From Balanoglossus misakiensis (Eukaryota > Animalia > Hemichordata), in assembly GCA_040954595.2 (NCBI GenBank), contig CM082585.2, forward strand, positions 10,342,564-10,406,563: 64,000 bases of DNA, written 5' to 3'. A program made the position numbers and the translations under genes. Shown piece after piece: positions 1 through 15,037 of the stretch. The notes under the pieces were generated by a model. It ran no database searches and was not told where the DNA came from. It saw only the letters and a list, made by a program, of their open reading frames with translations. Numbering within the stretch: position 1 is the first letter of the stretch; each line of letters begins with the position of its first letter.

Positions 1-166
1 TAATTTTAGCTCCCTGTCATATCAAGCAACAGTTGACATTCGTTTGAATGAATATCATGTGACCCATTTAAGCCAATGAGAAATAAGAAAGTGATTTCAG
101 GAATGTGGTCGTACATGGCTCTCTACCTTTTCATGAAATATGAAACACTTAATATTTTCTAAACAG

Positions 167-2647
<2,481 letters not shown>

Positions 2648-3814
2648 TGTGCTCTGTTCCATGTTGTCTGAACAGAGCCACTTTGAAGTGGAACTTTCTT
2701 TTTATATTGTGCCAAAGATTTGAAATCTTGGTATGCAACTATTTACAATCAGTGCTGTTATCAAGGTGAAGAATCTTAATCCACCCAAGAAGAAATCAGG
2801 AACAAAAAATTAGCTGGATGCTTAACCCTTTCACCATCATGGTTCAGTCCAAACCGAAAAAGTGACACAGCCTTAATAATGACAATAAGTTGCACCCTTT
2901 TCCCCATGACACATGGATGCCAACCTAGCATCACTTTTCAAATGTGTGCTTCTGAGTAAACTCTTAAGCGACCTGTGCAATGGATTGATGTTTTGTACTT
3001 CCAGGAAAAACAATGTTCCTTAGAGGCTGACAGGTTTACAGGCAGGTGATAATGCAAGTTCAATCGCACAGGTAGCATGTTTTGTTGAAGTAAACATGTA
3101 CATAATTACTATAGTTGCACATCCAAATGTAAGTAAACATTTTTTTTCATTTTATTTCTTTTGGATGACTACATTCACTACCCTGCCATGTACATTTTGT
3201 AGCTCATATTAGTTCATCTTTCGTTTCAGAAGTGTCAAAAGTCTTCCTTTTAGTTCTGTTAATCTTGACAGCAGTGGCTCTACCAGGTGTTGAAATTTTG
3301 TACATGGGACTCCTGTAGGCTTCACCATTGTTTTATCTTGCCAAAAATGTCAGACAACGATGGTGTTAATTGAATGTTTTTATTTACCAGTACTCTCTTT
3401 GTACAACAGTCAACTTATAAAAGGTTTTGTAAAATAAAGAGTCAAGCGAACTTCCAGATTTAGTGTTGTTGTTATAACTTAAAGATGGTTTGGTCCAAAG
3501 ATATCCTCAGATTTACAATTATAGTGTTACACTTCAAATTATGCATCTAGTACAGCTGAAATTACCCCCCCCCCCCCCCAACTTCAAAAAAGATCTCTAC
3601 CACTAGCTTAAATTCTGAAAATTTTACAAATGCGTTGTATTAAAACATACAACTTCTGGACAATCGCTTGTTGATTTTATTAAAGAAGCCCTGAGGATCA
3701 ATACGAAGTATTTCATAAAGCAAGAGTTATTGTACTGTGTAGAAATTTATCAGTTCATCATAACATAAAGTATTTTGACATTTATATGAGAGGTCATCTG
3801 GGATCATGAAATTC

Positions 3815-6341
3815 TCAGCCTTGCATGGCCACTGCTGTGACTTCATTCTCTTGATTGACAGGTATTTCTGCCATCTCTGCTGGTGGTGGTTCTTCGCTGG
3901 CATCCTGGCTCTCCACAATCTGCATGGCCGCCGCATCCTGGCTTTGATCCATCACTTCCACTTGCTCTTCCACATACTTCACCGTTTGAATTTGATTTCC
4001 GTCTTCGTCGACAAGGCGCACCTTCAATAAAGAGAGAAATCAATTGAAGTTAAGATCTCAACCAGAGACTTTTGATTCAGAGATAACGTGCAAATCATGC
4101 CTTGGACGAACTGACAATGGAGACTTGTCCCTTTTGGGAATAAGCAAAGTGTAGTGCAGCACCCCTTATGGGGCAAGGAACCAGTCTTTGTTGTACCTGG
4201 CCTCCATCCTGTGCATACTCAATGACCACTTCTCGGACGCTGCCATCAGTGTCACAACTTTCAAGCTGTGGAATTACGATCACCTGCTCCTCACTGGATG
4301 TTTCTTCAACCTGCCAAAACAATTGCAAACAAAATCAATCAAAGTGGTGTTCAACATCATAATTTTTTCTCAGATGCCTTTGTCACAGGTCTGTATTAAC
4401 AGGATTGTTTGAATTTTTACAATTGCAATTTGCACATTGTTCTCCATTTACCTGCTGTTCTACATGAACTTCCCCACTCTGACTGACAGCTTCTGTTTCC
4501 ACTGTGTGCGTTATGACTTGGTTCTGCATTTCAGTCTGGGCTTGGTAAGCAGCAATGGCATCTGAGATTTGCGACAATGCGTCTTGTGTTTCGCTTGGCT
4601 CTACTGTGGCGACATTGTGGAAGTCTGCAACACTGACGTTCTGGATGCCACTGACATTGACTGGCAACTGGTACTGTTGAGGAATGTGCTCCTTAGCGTG
4701 GACCTTGAGGTCGGCTTTCGAGCTGGTCACGTACTCGCAGCTGGTGCATTTGTAGACGCGCCCAAGTTGGTGAGCTTTGATGTGTGATCGCAGCCGCTGC
4801 TTCCATGAGGTGGTGAACTCGCAATAATCGCACTTCATCTTGACGTCTGAGTGTTTGGCTTGATGCGCCGTTAGATGCTGCTTGTTCGCTGTGGAGTAAT
4901 CACACTTCTCACATTTGAAGGGTTTGACGCCAGTATGCTTGGCTATGTGTACGTGCATCTGCGTCATGTTGATGGCCGAGTAGTCACAGTGACCGCATTT
5001 GAAGGGTTTCAACGTGGAGTGTGTCGCCATGTGGCGCTTTAGACTGTTCTTATAGCCTGTCGTGTAAGTGCATTGATCACAGTTATAGACTTTATCTGGT
5101 GGTGATCTGTTAGGTTCGTGGGTCAATAAATGTCTCGTCAAGCTATGCTTGTGAGCGGTGGCATATTCGCAAAGATCGCACTTGTAGTTCTTTTCTTTCG
5201 GAGGTTGGTCATCCCGGTGTTTTGCTTCGTGGTTTATCAGCTGTTGCCTGTGGGCGGCACTGTACTCACAGAAGGAGCACTGAAATGGCTTGACGATGGA
5301 GTGCCGGAGCTTGTGAGAGCGCAGATTTTGCTTGGTGTTGGTGGAAAAGTGGCAACCTTCGAAGTCGCACTTGAAAGGGCGGAGACCGTCGTGCTTGTCG
5401 ACATGAGCTTTGTAGCTGGACTTGTACTGAGTAGCATAGTCACACATAGAACACTTGAAGGGTTTCTCGCCACTATGAATGGCGATGTGAGTTCTCAGGT
5501 CCTGTTTCCTGGCCGATGCATAGTCGCAGAACTCACACTTGAATGGGCGTAGACCCTGGTGCTTGCTGGCCACGTGGTGCAGAAGGCTGTGCTTGTAGAT
5601 GCTGGAGAAGTCGCATTGGTCGCACCTGTAAGGTTTCTCTGGGTCGTGCTTCTGCATGTGAGTCCTCAAGTCGTGCTTGTACGGGGACACGTAGTCGCAT
5701 TGCGTGCACTTGTAGAGCTCGCTGTCATCAAGTTTCTGGTGTCGCTTCATGTGCGTCTTGAGGTTGTACTTGTGTAGTGTGGAGTAGCCGCACTCATCGC
5801 ATGTGTGCAGTTCCTGCTCATCAGACTTCCCGGATTTTGCCGATTTCGCCCCGCCTTTGTCACTTCCCTCAGAAGCTTCTTCACCGTTTTTTACAGCACT
5901 GGGTGAGGTCTCGTTCTTTCCTTCACCACTCTCTTCAGCATTTTTGTCTGAACCAACAGGAGAGGGTTCAGCTCCATCAGCAGTGGCTCCCTGTGCCTCT
6001 ATTCTGATCACATTCTTGTCGCCGCCACCACCCCCAGCCTCTGCTTCCTGGACTTCACCTGCACCACCCCCATCACTGGCTGCAATGCTTGCTGCAGCCT
6101 GCCGCAAGTCGAAATCTGTGATGATAATAATCGCACTTCCCTGGCCAACATCTTGTATCTGAATATTACCATCCCCTGCAGCAGATACCAGTTCTTGTAA
6201 GTTGCTTGGTTTTTCGCCCTGCTCCCCACTTTTCCCATCAGAAACCTGAGCAGGATTGGCATCTTCTATGTGGGGTTTCTTGTTCTCAGGTTCGTCTGCA
6301 TCACCAGCTTCATCGGCTTTCCTTTTGCCCACTTCTGGCAT
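3815..6341 (-). CDS. C2H2 zinc-finger protein with 13 fingers (CxxCDY-type, REST/ZNF142-like finger style); coding exons 6341-4452, 4310-4197, 4021-3815
   Basis: 13 C-x2/4-C...H-x3/4-H repeats with GEKPF/GLRPF-type linkers; ATG at 6341 just after an acceptor; phase-0 GT-AG junctions join an E/Q/V-rich tail ending VAMQG*; KRK...KKP bipartite NLS-like start. Confidence 0.9.
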
Positions 6342-7299
6342 TTTATACGTGCATGTGACACCAAACCTGACAAGATTACAGGAAAATACATGCATGTGTT
6401 TTAATACAGTATTACTTGAACTGGACTTGAACTTGAAGCAGAAACTATCAATTCCAGGGATCATCCTCAACCCAATGCATTCCTTTCCACTCTTGAATGC
6501 ATCACTAAATTAAAAAAGCCTAGTGTATTTTTCACCTCATCCATAGAAACACCAAACTGCCCTGCCCCATAAAAGGTATGTATGACTAGGCAGTCACTCA
6601 TGTGAGGGGCTACAAATGCTGTGTGATTTTGAATGGTCTCAGGCTTGTCTGCAATGAGCATTGTATTAGTGTATGTATATTGTTAGCTATGTGTGGCAGG
6701 GCTGTGTGTAGGCATTGCCGTAAGACATGCAGCCCTGCCATGCAAAGCTTGTATTATCTCAAGAATCAACAGTGAACAATAACACCTTTTCCACATGTGA
6801 ACACATTTTATTAGATATTTCATACATATTCCGCTATGTACAGATTTTTAAAATGCAACTGACAGTGTCAGTTGCCAGAATATACAGTGCACACAATCTG
6901 TATTAACTGCGGACAATCCAATAAGTCACGCTAGAAAACATTCAAATGTAAAACGTAAGGCTATCAGCATGCAAACGCGTTTTCTAAATGCATTCACGGG
7001 AAGCTTATACAGATGGCGTCTACAGGCAGTGCGCCGTTGCATTTTGATAATAAGTTCAGTTCAGTCGCCATATTGGTTGCCAACTCGTACCGCCCCGAAC
7101 GATCGTGCCGATAATTTTCACAAATCAGGGTACTCATGGACAGAGGTTTGCTGCATTCACGGACTAAATCTACGTCGTCCTTGCTAAAACAGTTACCAAC
7201 CTACAAAATGCATATTTTGACCGTTACCTAAGCGTGTACATAGAACAGACCAAAAGCAAATACTTTCCCTCCAGAAAAACGACTGTTAATGGCGCTCAG

Positions 7300-7790
7300 T
7301 TGGAACGAACACTCACGAACAAACAAACGGTAAGTTTGTTCCTTTTCTCCAACTATAAAATCATTTAAAACTAATTACAGGTCGGGTTGAACCGTTATGA
7401 ATACGAAAGATAACTCTTAAATTTCATACATACCTTGAAAAGCTTGAAAATTCGACAAATACTCGACAAGTCTGGTGTTATAGCCAGCGCGAAGGAGTCT
7501 GGGTAACCGAGACTACACCCGCACGCTGGGTCAGGTCATGCAATTGCCTCTCCAGAGGGCGCCGTCAATGACCTTGAAGCTAGCTTGTGCTGTGTCGTCT
7601 TGAAGTGATAATTAGCGTCACCGACGATTGGCGACAAATACGTCAAGCTAGCCGCCGGAGACTACATTTCCTAAACCCCCAGCTGCAGCTGTGCCGGGCG
7701 GAAGGACCCATCAGCAGTTTCGTCGAAGGTCGAGAAAAGGCTGTCGAACGTTTGTGTTCATATCGCATCGACTAAGCTAAAGGTAATCGA
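7300..7790. promoter_or_regulatory. Putative bidirectional promoter shared by the ZNF gene (-) and the Kelch gene (+)
   Basis: CpG-enriched segment between head-to-head genes; ACTACATTTCC at 7661-7671 (ZNF143/THAP11-type motif), CTCF-like CTCCAGAGGGCGCC at ~7550-7563; donor AAG|GTAATC at ~7782 for a non-coding first exon of the Kelch gene. Confidence 0.55.
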
Positions 7791-8076
7791 ATGTTATGTC
7801 TCGTCTTACTCTGCTTGACCTTGTGGCTTCGAATGACCTCTCCTTTGTCGTATACAATTAGATGTGAAGATGTATGATGTCGATTTCGAACTTAGCAATC
7901 CCTCCTTTGTATCTACTTTGTTTGATTGCACACTTGAAACTTGAAAGCGATATGATCGCAGATGCATGTTGATTGCATATTAAATATGGCCGAATTTTAC
8001 ATCTGATGTGTTTCCATTCGTAATATCTGCTGATACTTTATCGTGGCATTTTTATTTGCATCAGTAGGTCATCACC

Positions 8077-9843
8077 ATGGCAACTGCATCTGGCACAGAT
8101 GAGAAGAGGCTATCGACAGGCGAGACTATTGATTACAACAAGGGTAACCATCCCTCCTATGTTCTGAAAGGTCTTAATGAACTGAAGTCGTTGGAGCTGT
8201 TCACAGATGTAACCCTGGTCGTAGGAAACCATGAATACCCTTGTCACAAAGCGGTGCTGGCGTCGTGTAGTCCTTATTTCAGGGCCATGTTTACCAACGA
8301 TATGAGAGAGAGGAACGCGGACCGCATCCAAATCAAGGATGTACATGTGGATGTGATGAATGACATAATGGGGTTTATTTACACCGGCAAAGTCTCCATC
8401 TCGCCGCAGAATGTCCAGGCTATCTTCGAGGGTGCCAGTCTTCTGCAGGTGCATTCGGTTCAGGATATCTGCGTGCAATACTTTGAGCGCCTGCTGTCGC
8501 CGAATAACTGTTTGGGAATCCTGGACTATGCTGACACCCACGGCTGTAAGGAGCTGCAACGCAAGGCCAGGCAGATGATCCTCAATCACTTTGCTGATGT
8601 GTGCAAAAGTGAGGAGTTCATAATCTTGCCAAAAGATCGTCTGATCGAGATCCTCGCCAGTGATTTGTCCATTGACACCGAAGAGACAGTGTGTGAAGCC
8701 ATCACGGCGTGGGTGAACCATGACCGCACATCAAGGGAATTATTCTTGGCTGATTTGATCGCCCATGTCCGGCTTCCTTACCTCTTGCCTGCATACCTTG
8801 GCAAGGCTTCCAATGATTCGCTCCTCAAACAAGTTCACCTTGGCGCCGCAAAGGACAAGATGTTGGAGCGGACCAGGACCTATTATGCTAAGTCCAGGGA
8901 TAAAGCTGTGACGAGCTTATCAGCTGTCAAGCCTCGGAATTATACGCAGGTTCTGTTGACTGTCGGTGGTCAGGACGTAGACCTGCAACCGGCAAATTGC
9001 ATCTGGTGTTACGATCCCATCAAGGAGAAGTGGAGCTATCTGTATGAACTTCCGGATGAGCTTTTCGACTGGGATCTTGCCGTCACGTCTCTCGGAACGG
9101 ATGTCTTCATCGCTGGGAAGAGACCACTAATCAGCTCGTTATCTCCGGTGTTTCCGGCGTGGATTTACAAAGGCATCAGTCAGCGTTGGATGAAAGTCTT
9201 GCTCCCTCAGAGCCTGGAGATGGCCGAGTTTGCGGTGACATCAGACGGTGCTGGTATTGTCTACATCCTCGGTGGATACGACTCCAACATGCGAAACTTG
9301 GCCACTGTGAGGCGTTACATTGTCGCGACTAACACGTGGGACGAAATGGCTCCCATGATGATGGCTGTCAGCAATTTATCAGCCACGGTCTGCGAAGGCA
9401 AGCTGTACGCGATCGGAGGCTACACCGGCATTGATGACACCAGCATTGTCCAGTGCTACGACCCGACCTTGGAGAAGTGGAGTTACGTCAAGCAGTTGCC
9501 AATGACAGTCCGAGATGCGGTGGCTCTTACGATTGACGATTCGATCTACCTGCTGGCTGGCGTGGCCAAGAGCCTGGTGTATCACTACAATCCAAGACTG
9601 AACAAATGGAAACCACTGGAGGGAATGGCCAAGGAGGTCTTCATGTACGGCGCCACGGCCTGCAACGGTAGCATCTATGCCGTGGGCGGATACTCAGGGG
9701 ACTATTTTGACATTGAAGTGAACAAACTCATCCAGATGTACGATGCTGAAGAAGATCGATGGACGATAACGGAAAGCCTCCCTCACGGCCTGCATAGTCT
9801 GAGGTGTACAACAATGTATAGATTTGCAGCATTGGGATCTTGA
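8077..9843 (+). CDS. Kelch-like BTB-BACK-Kelch protein (probable CUL3 adaptor, KLHL24-like group), single coding exon, 588 aa
   Basis: FTDVTLVVG..YPCHKAVLASCSPYFRAMFT (BTB), NCLGILDYAD and EETVCEAITAWVNHD (BACK), repeated YxxGG...YDP...W Kelch blades; strong Kozak ACCATGG. Confidence 0.93.
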   Translation: MATASGTDEKRLSTGETIDYNKGNHPSYVLKGLNELKSLELFTDVTLVVGNHEYPCHKAVLASCSPYFRAMFTNDMRERNADRIQIKDVHVDVMNDIMGFIYTGKVSISPQNVQAIFEGASLLQVHSVQDICVQYFERLLSPNNCLGILDYADTHGCKELQRKARQMILNHFADVCKSEEFIILPKDRLIEILASDLSIDTEETVCEAITAWVNHDRTSRELFLADLIAHVRLPYLLPAYLGKASNDSLLKQVHLGAAKDKMLERTRTYYAKSRDKAVTSLSAVKPRNYTQVLLTVGGQDVDLQPANCIWCYDPIKEKWSYLYELPDELFDWDLAVTSLGTDVFIAGKRPLISSLSPVFPAWIYKGISQRWMKVLLPQSLEMAEFAVTSDGAGIVYILGGYDSNMRNLATVRRYIVATNTWDEMAPMMMAVSNLSATVCEGKLYAIGGYTGIDDTSIVQCYDPTLEKWSYVKQLPMTVRDAVALTIDDSIYLLAGVAKSLVYHYNPRLNKWKPLEGMAKEVFMYGATACNGSIYAVGGYSGDYFDIEVNKLIQMYDAEEDRWTITESLPHGLHSLRCTTMYRFAALGS

Positions 9844-12659
9844 TTGTGGTCAGAGTGTTTCCATGGAGACCATACAGATGATGTCAGCCATTTTGAATTT
9901 CAAATATGTTTACTGTGTTGTCACAGTGTTACCCTGTGTTTGCTGGTTACCGTAGTTAAAAATGAGTACATGCATTATGTGTTCCGTCCAATCATAAATA
10001 GTGTCTGTTAGAATACAGTACTTGAAAATACAGTGTGACATATTTCAGCAAACATTTGCTGCTGTCCTTACTATTTTTGAAATGTATAGTCTATTGTAAA
10101 ATATAACATGCTGCCGGATTCAAGAAATTGACTGTATTTCCATATCTCTGTAATGTAAAGTTTATCAGAATAGCAATATGGTGGAATCAGGGTAAACAAT
10201 GCACTCACTGTTGCTAGGGAGAGGTGTCAGCGAATTAAAATATGGTTGCATGTATTGTAATCTTAACGGGTTTAGAGTCTATATTATGGGGTATTTTATT
10301 GTGTTTAGATCATGGAGAAATACAAGGTACATCTTACAGAAATGTTTGTCTTGCGATATTATGGCGTTTATAACAATTTCTTTCATTTCATTGTATTTCA
10401 TGATTTTTTAAAGTCACACACACATACACGGCCAGTCTAGTCATTCAATTTTGGCCTTTTACCTAATCCATGTATTTTGACTCAGCCATACCTGAATTGA
10501 TGAAATAACATTGAAACCTCTAAAAACACAACCATAACACCCTCAAATTAGGAGAGAAAAGTCATATCTAGTTATTTTATTATTTATTTAAGTGTTATCT
10601 TTGGAGAATGACTTCATTAAACTTGACATTTACACCTAATTCAATGTAATCACTAGTTTATGAAGACTGTATATGTTGTGTATTTATCACATATCAAGTA
10701 ATTTATTTCTGTGCAAAATCATGAGATGGGTGACTAATTTTCTGGAAACCAACATTTTCTCGTGACACCAGAGGGCGCTGTTTAGAATGGTTTGTTTTTA
10801 ACTTTTGTGAATAATCCAATTTGTTTCTTATTTTTGGTTGTTCATTGTTCATGGTTTTGAAACTTCAGGAACATTTTAAACCAATTACAGCAGAGTTGAA
10901 TTTGAATCTGTGGAGAAAAAAAAGAGAAATATAGTTTCAAGTTTTGTATGTATGATCATGATCACGTGTCATGTTATTTTAAGTCTTTATGAATTATATT
11001 ACTTTATTCACAGTGTGTGGTCTTGCCTAATGATTTCAGCATGTGTCTGTGGAAGCAGAAAAGCACTGGGAACATTTAATTACTTCACATGAAAGAAAAT
11101 AATAGTGATCTTTCTTAAAGGGAACCATTTGATTTCTGGCGTGTAAAAATCATACACTATGGACAGAGAAGTTGACTTGCAGCTTTTGTGAGTACTAAAT
11201 GCATTCCACATCAAGATTTGCATACAAATCTATTGAGTGGTGCAGAGTTGAGCTGTTTACAATCTGGTTTATGTATGGGGATCACGGACCCTTATAAATT
11301 GTTGCTTTAAACTCTTTGTTTGGTTATTTAATTGTTGCTAGGAGCCGCATTGAAAGCAACGTATACAAAAATGGTTGAGATTCCCAGCTGATTGCTATAT
11401 TTTATGGATAAAAAATGTGATGTAAAAAAGAGGATAAGTTTTGTTTAAAAATATATTTGTGTGAATTTTATGACTTATCGGTAATATTGAACATACTTAT
11501 AAGTTTTTTAATGACTCTTTTGTCTTTCATCAAGAATAAAAGTCATCAAATGTGAATTACAACATTTGAATTGTTTTATTGTCTCATTATATGCATACTA
11601 TAAACATACTTTTGTGCCACTTCCCCCTTGAATTAGAATGATAGAAAGTGGGTCATGTCTGAATCAGAAATCGAGGGCCTGGGAGACAGTCACTTCAATA
11701 GATGAGCTGACTGGGCAACGAAAATATGATCACACTCACTCAAATGATATTTTTGTCTTGTCAACTTTGACCTTGACACTATTTTTACATGAATCACATT
11801 CCTTCAATCGCAGAATGTGCACTGCGTACACCCTGAATAAACTAAAACTTTTCTCTCTTATATTTCCACGTGATTTATCACAGTCTCAGTTCCACTTCAG
11901 CTGCAGAGAAGTTTTATTATAGGTGTTTAAATCGCAGCCACACCTCTATACTACGCGTATATGTAATGATACTATTTTTGGAAACTTGGGCATTGATTTC
12001 TCTTCGCTCTTATATTCTATGTTTGTACTCCCTCAATTTTTGTATTGAAAGTATCTCATACACGCTATTGCGTTAAGTACTGCATACATCTTTGCCGAAA
12101 CTGGTAATGCATATATATTCAAATAAGCAGAGATATTTTTTTACAAACAGTATTCACCACTGCAAGATTAAAAGAGTATGCTTTCATGTCTTGAAGGGCA
12201 ATGCTAATATCAGTTGGACGAGCATATTTACTAATTTGTGTGAGGTCGCGCTTCCGTGTGTGTGTATGGGATATGCCTGTAGATAGTTTCCGACTAGTTT
12301 ACGTTGAGAATATATCCGCATATGCCGGGAAAGAAAATCACTGAATATATTTGAGAAATGGGGAGGAGAAGACTGTGAGAAAGAGGAAGAGCCAGAAAAT
12401 TTATCCGATCTGCAACGGGACAGGTATGAACAAGTTACTCTCTTGACTCGTGGCGAAACTGTTGAGAGAACGTACCCACCCTGGCCTGTGGCATTATCAC
12501 CAACCCACGAAAAAGTTGGTATATCGAGGAGTACTGAAACTACTGGGGGTATTTTTAGTCTGCCAGTCATTAAAATGGTTGTCGAATTTGTGAATCCCGT
12601 ACGCCAAATCCGAGATCAACTTGCTCTAGCATGAAATCGACACACATATAAATAGTTTT

Positions 12660-12707
12660 ACTCGACGCGACGTAGTTATATCCAAGATGGCGGCGTCCAT
12701 GCAAAAG
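12660..12707 (+). promoter_or_regulatory. Probable ARHGEF7 promoter and first (5'UTR) exon with YY1-type motif
   Basis: CpG-rich patch, CAAGATGGCGGC at 12683-12694 followed by AAG|GTGATC donor at 12707; strong acceptor at ~14968 upstream of the SH3 ATG. Confidence 0.5.
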
Positions 12708-15037
12708 GTGATCGGAACGCTGAATTACAGTTTCACGTGCATCTGTTAATTATTTGCCGTTTCAGTTTATTTGCACCTGCACCAAATTATTACAGATACT
12801 TCACCCTGCCCTAGCACATGTGCCAGATGGCAATCGCGGTTGCCGATCTCGATCTAGACTCGTAGAATTTCAAGTCGACAAACATCTGATTGGCACACTT
12901 TTCTGACCGTGTCAGGGAGCTTCGAAAGTTGAATACAAGCGCACATTGTCCATGCAAATCAGCGGCCTTCGGTTTTTCCCCAACGTACGAGTGATCATAT
13001 TTCAGGTTTAAATAATCTACCCCATTATACATTTTCAAAATGCGGAAGCAGAATGCACTAAAGATAAGCAGAATAGTGGGAAGGATGTTGAAGTATAATT
13101 TTTGTGGACAAAATGTGCTGAAGAATTAGGGGAAACATTTGTGAAATCTATTTGAGATTTTTGCAGTTGCTTCCCGTCTGATTAGCCAGGGCTGTGATCT
13201 GGTATCTGGTTACTTCCTGGTCAACAGTTACTAAGGAAGCCGTGAATTGCTTTCTGACTGGTGATAATTGAACCTCCTTTGAAAGGGACAAATGGTAAAC
13301 AAAAATTGAATATAACTGTAGTTTAATTAGTTGCACTTATTAACACTTTCCATGTGTGAAAAAAACACAGGTGTTTAGATCAAACTTGGAATTGAGTTCT
13401 GTTGGCATGCAAATTACCTAGTGGTGATAATTAAACCTCACTTGTAGAATTGATTATAACTGTAGTTGTTTTATAAGGCTTCAGTAATTTTTAACAATAT
13501 CTTATTTTGAAAAATGGCCCATTCATCGTAGAATGCTACACTCACACGTCGGACAGCCTTTTGCATGCTTCGTGGCCTCTTTCCGCCGCCTATATTTTTT
13601 TCTGCAATAGGGGCAATGGTGATGCGGGCCTGGCATGTGTCCGGGTTTCGGCACACTTTATATTCTCTGGGGTTTTTGTTGTTGTTGTTGTTGGTGATAT
13701 AAGTCTGGAAAAAGAAACTTAAACTTCAGTTGGAAACTTATGTGTGTGTTCATCAGGGAGAGGGCAGGCAAATTACAGTGGATTGTGGGATACGAATAAA
13801 TGAATAATCATGCAAAATAGTAAGTTCATTCAGTATATTGTGTGTTCATTACAATTACAGTTTCCGTAGACAGTTTCGTTTCTACTGTCTGTGGTGTGTC
13901 AACTTACTTCTAGGAGTTGAACACAACAAAGTACCACAAAGTAACCATGGTAAAAAGATTCATTATTAATTAAAGGTCCAATTGTACATAGAGCTTGGTT
14001 GCATTATGAGCTTTCAACTTTTTGCAGGCCTGAGTGTAATGCACTGAGGAATGATATAGAGTTGCTGCATTTGGATAGACGTACATATGTGACCCACTTG
14101 CCGGCAGAATTTGTTTATTCTTTCATTCAAGTGTGGCCCTGTGTTCTAACACACGGCTAAACCAGGGCAACATTCCAGGAAGTCACCCAGCCAATTTGGC
14201 TGCAGTTTGTTCAACCCCCCCCCCCCCCCAACTTGTGTCATCATGGAACCCATTAGTAGACAACAAACAGCCAATACCTACATGTTCATGTATATATAAG
14301 ACATTTACTTGTGTCAACTAATAAAGCTCATTGGAAAAGACCAAACATTTACATGTGATTCAACAAAATTTGGAAATTACTCTTTGAGACACCCATAACC
14401 ATATGACTCAGAGTGGACGTGGGTTAAGACTTTTGAAAGGGAAGTTCACCAGGTCAGGACAGCTTTATGTAGCGTGTGTCCACCCAGTTGAAAGTCCAGT
14501 ATTTTATTTGAATACTTCCCAGTTGAAACTCCCGTAAGTGTAGCAATCAGTCATTTCAAGACACAGGCGCCAAATGTTCCCTTTCTTACCACAGTCCTTA
14601 CAACCACCAAATCTGTGTACCTGACAACATCAAAGGTTGGTTTGTAAAGTCTTTCACAAGTCCTTGAAAGCTATTCACAGCTAGCCTACATTATCTCTCT
14701 CCCAGTTTCATTCAAACTAACTTGCGTTAAGGTAGGGGGAAAAAACTGTAAAAACCACTGCTGTAGTGTAGATTATCAGCAAGGCTATCAGTCTCATTCC
14801 TCTTTATGTGATCCATATTTCCGCCAAATTTTGATGACTTTCGTGATTTCACAGTATAGAAATGACGCCAAGCATCATTCACTTTTCACGATACCAGCTT
14901 GCACGGTGCTTCCAACTACTTTCTAGTGGTGTAGTTGTTTCATTATTCATAATTTTTTTTCCTTCAGGTTTTTGGTGCTATGAATCAGACAGGGCGAGTT
15001 CTGATTTCACTCTAGTGCGACACAAAAGCATATCGGA

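Noticed and set aside
4569-6513. Plus-strand ORFs antisense to the ZNF gene, and the 203-aa minus ORF at 8110-8721
   Set aside because: Shadow frames of real coding sequence with no recognisable motifs.
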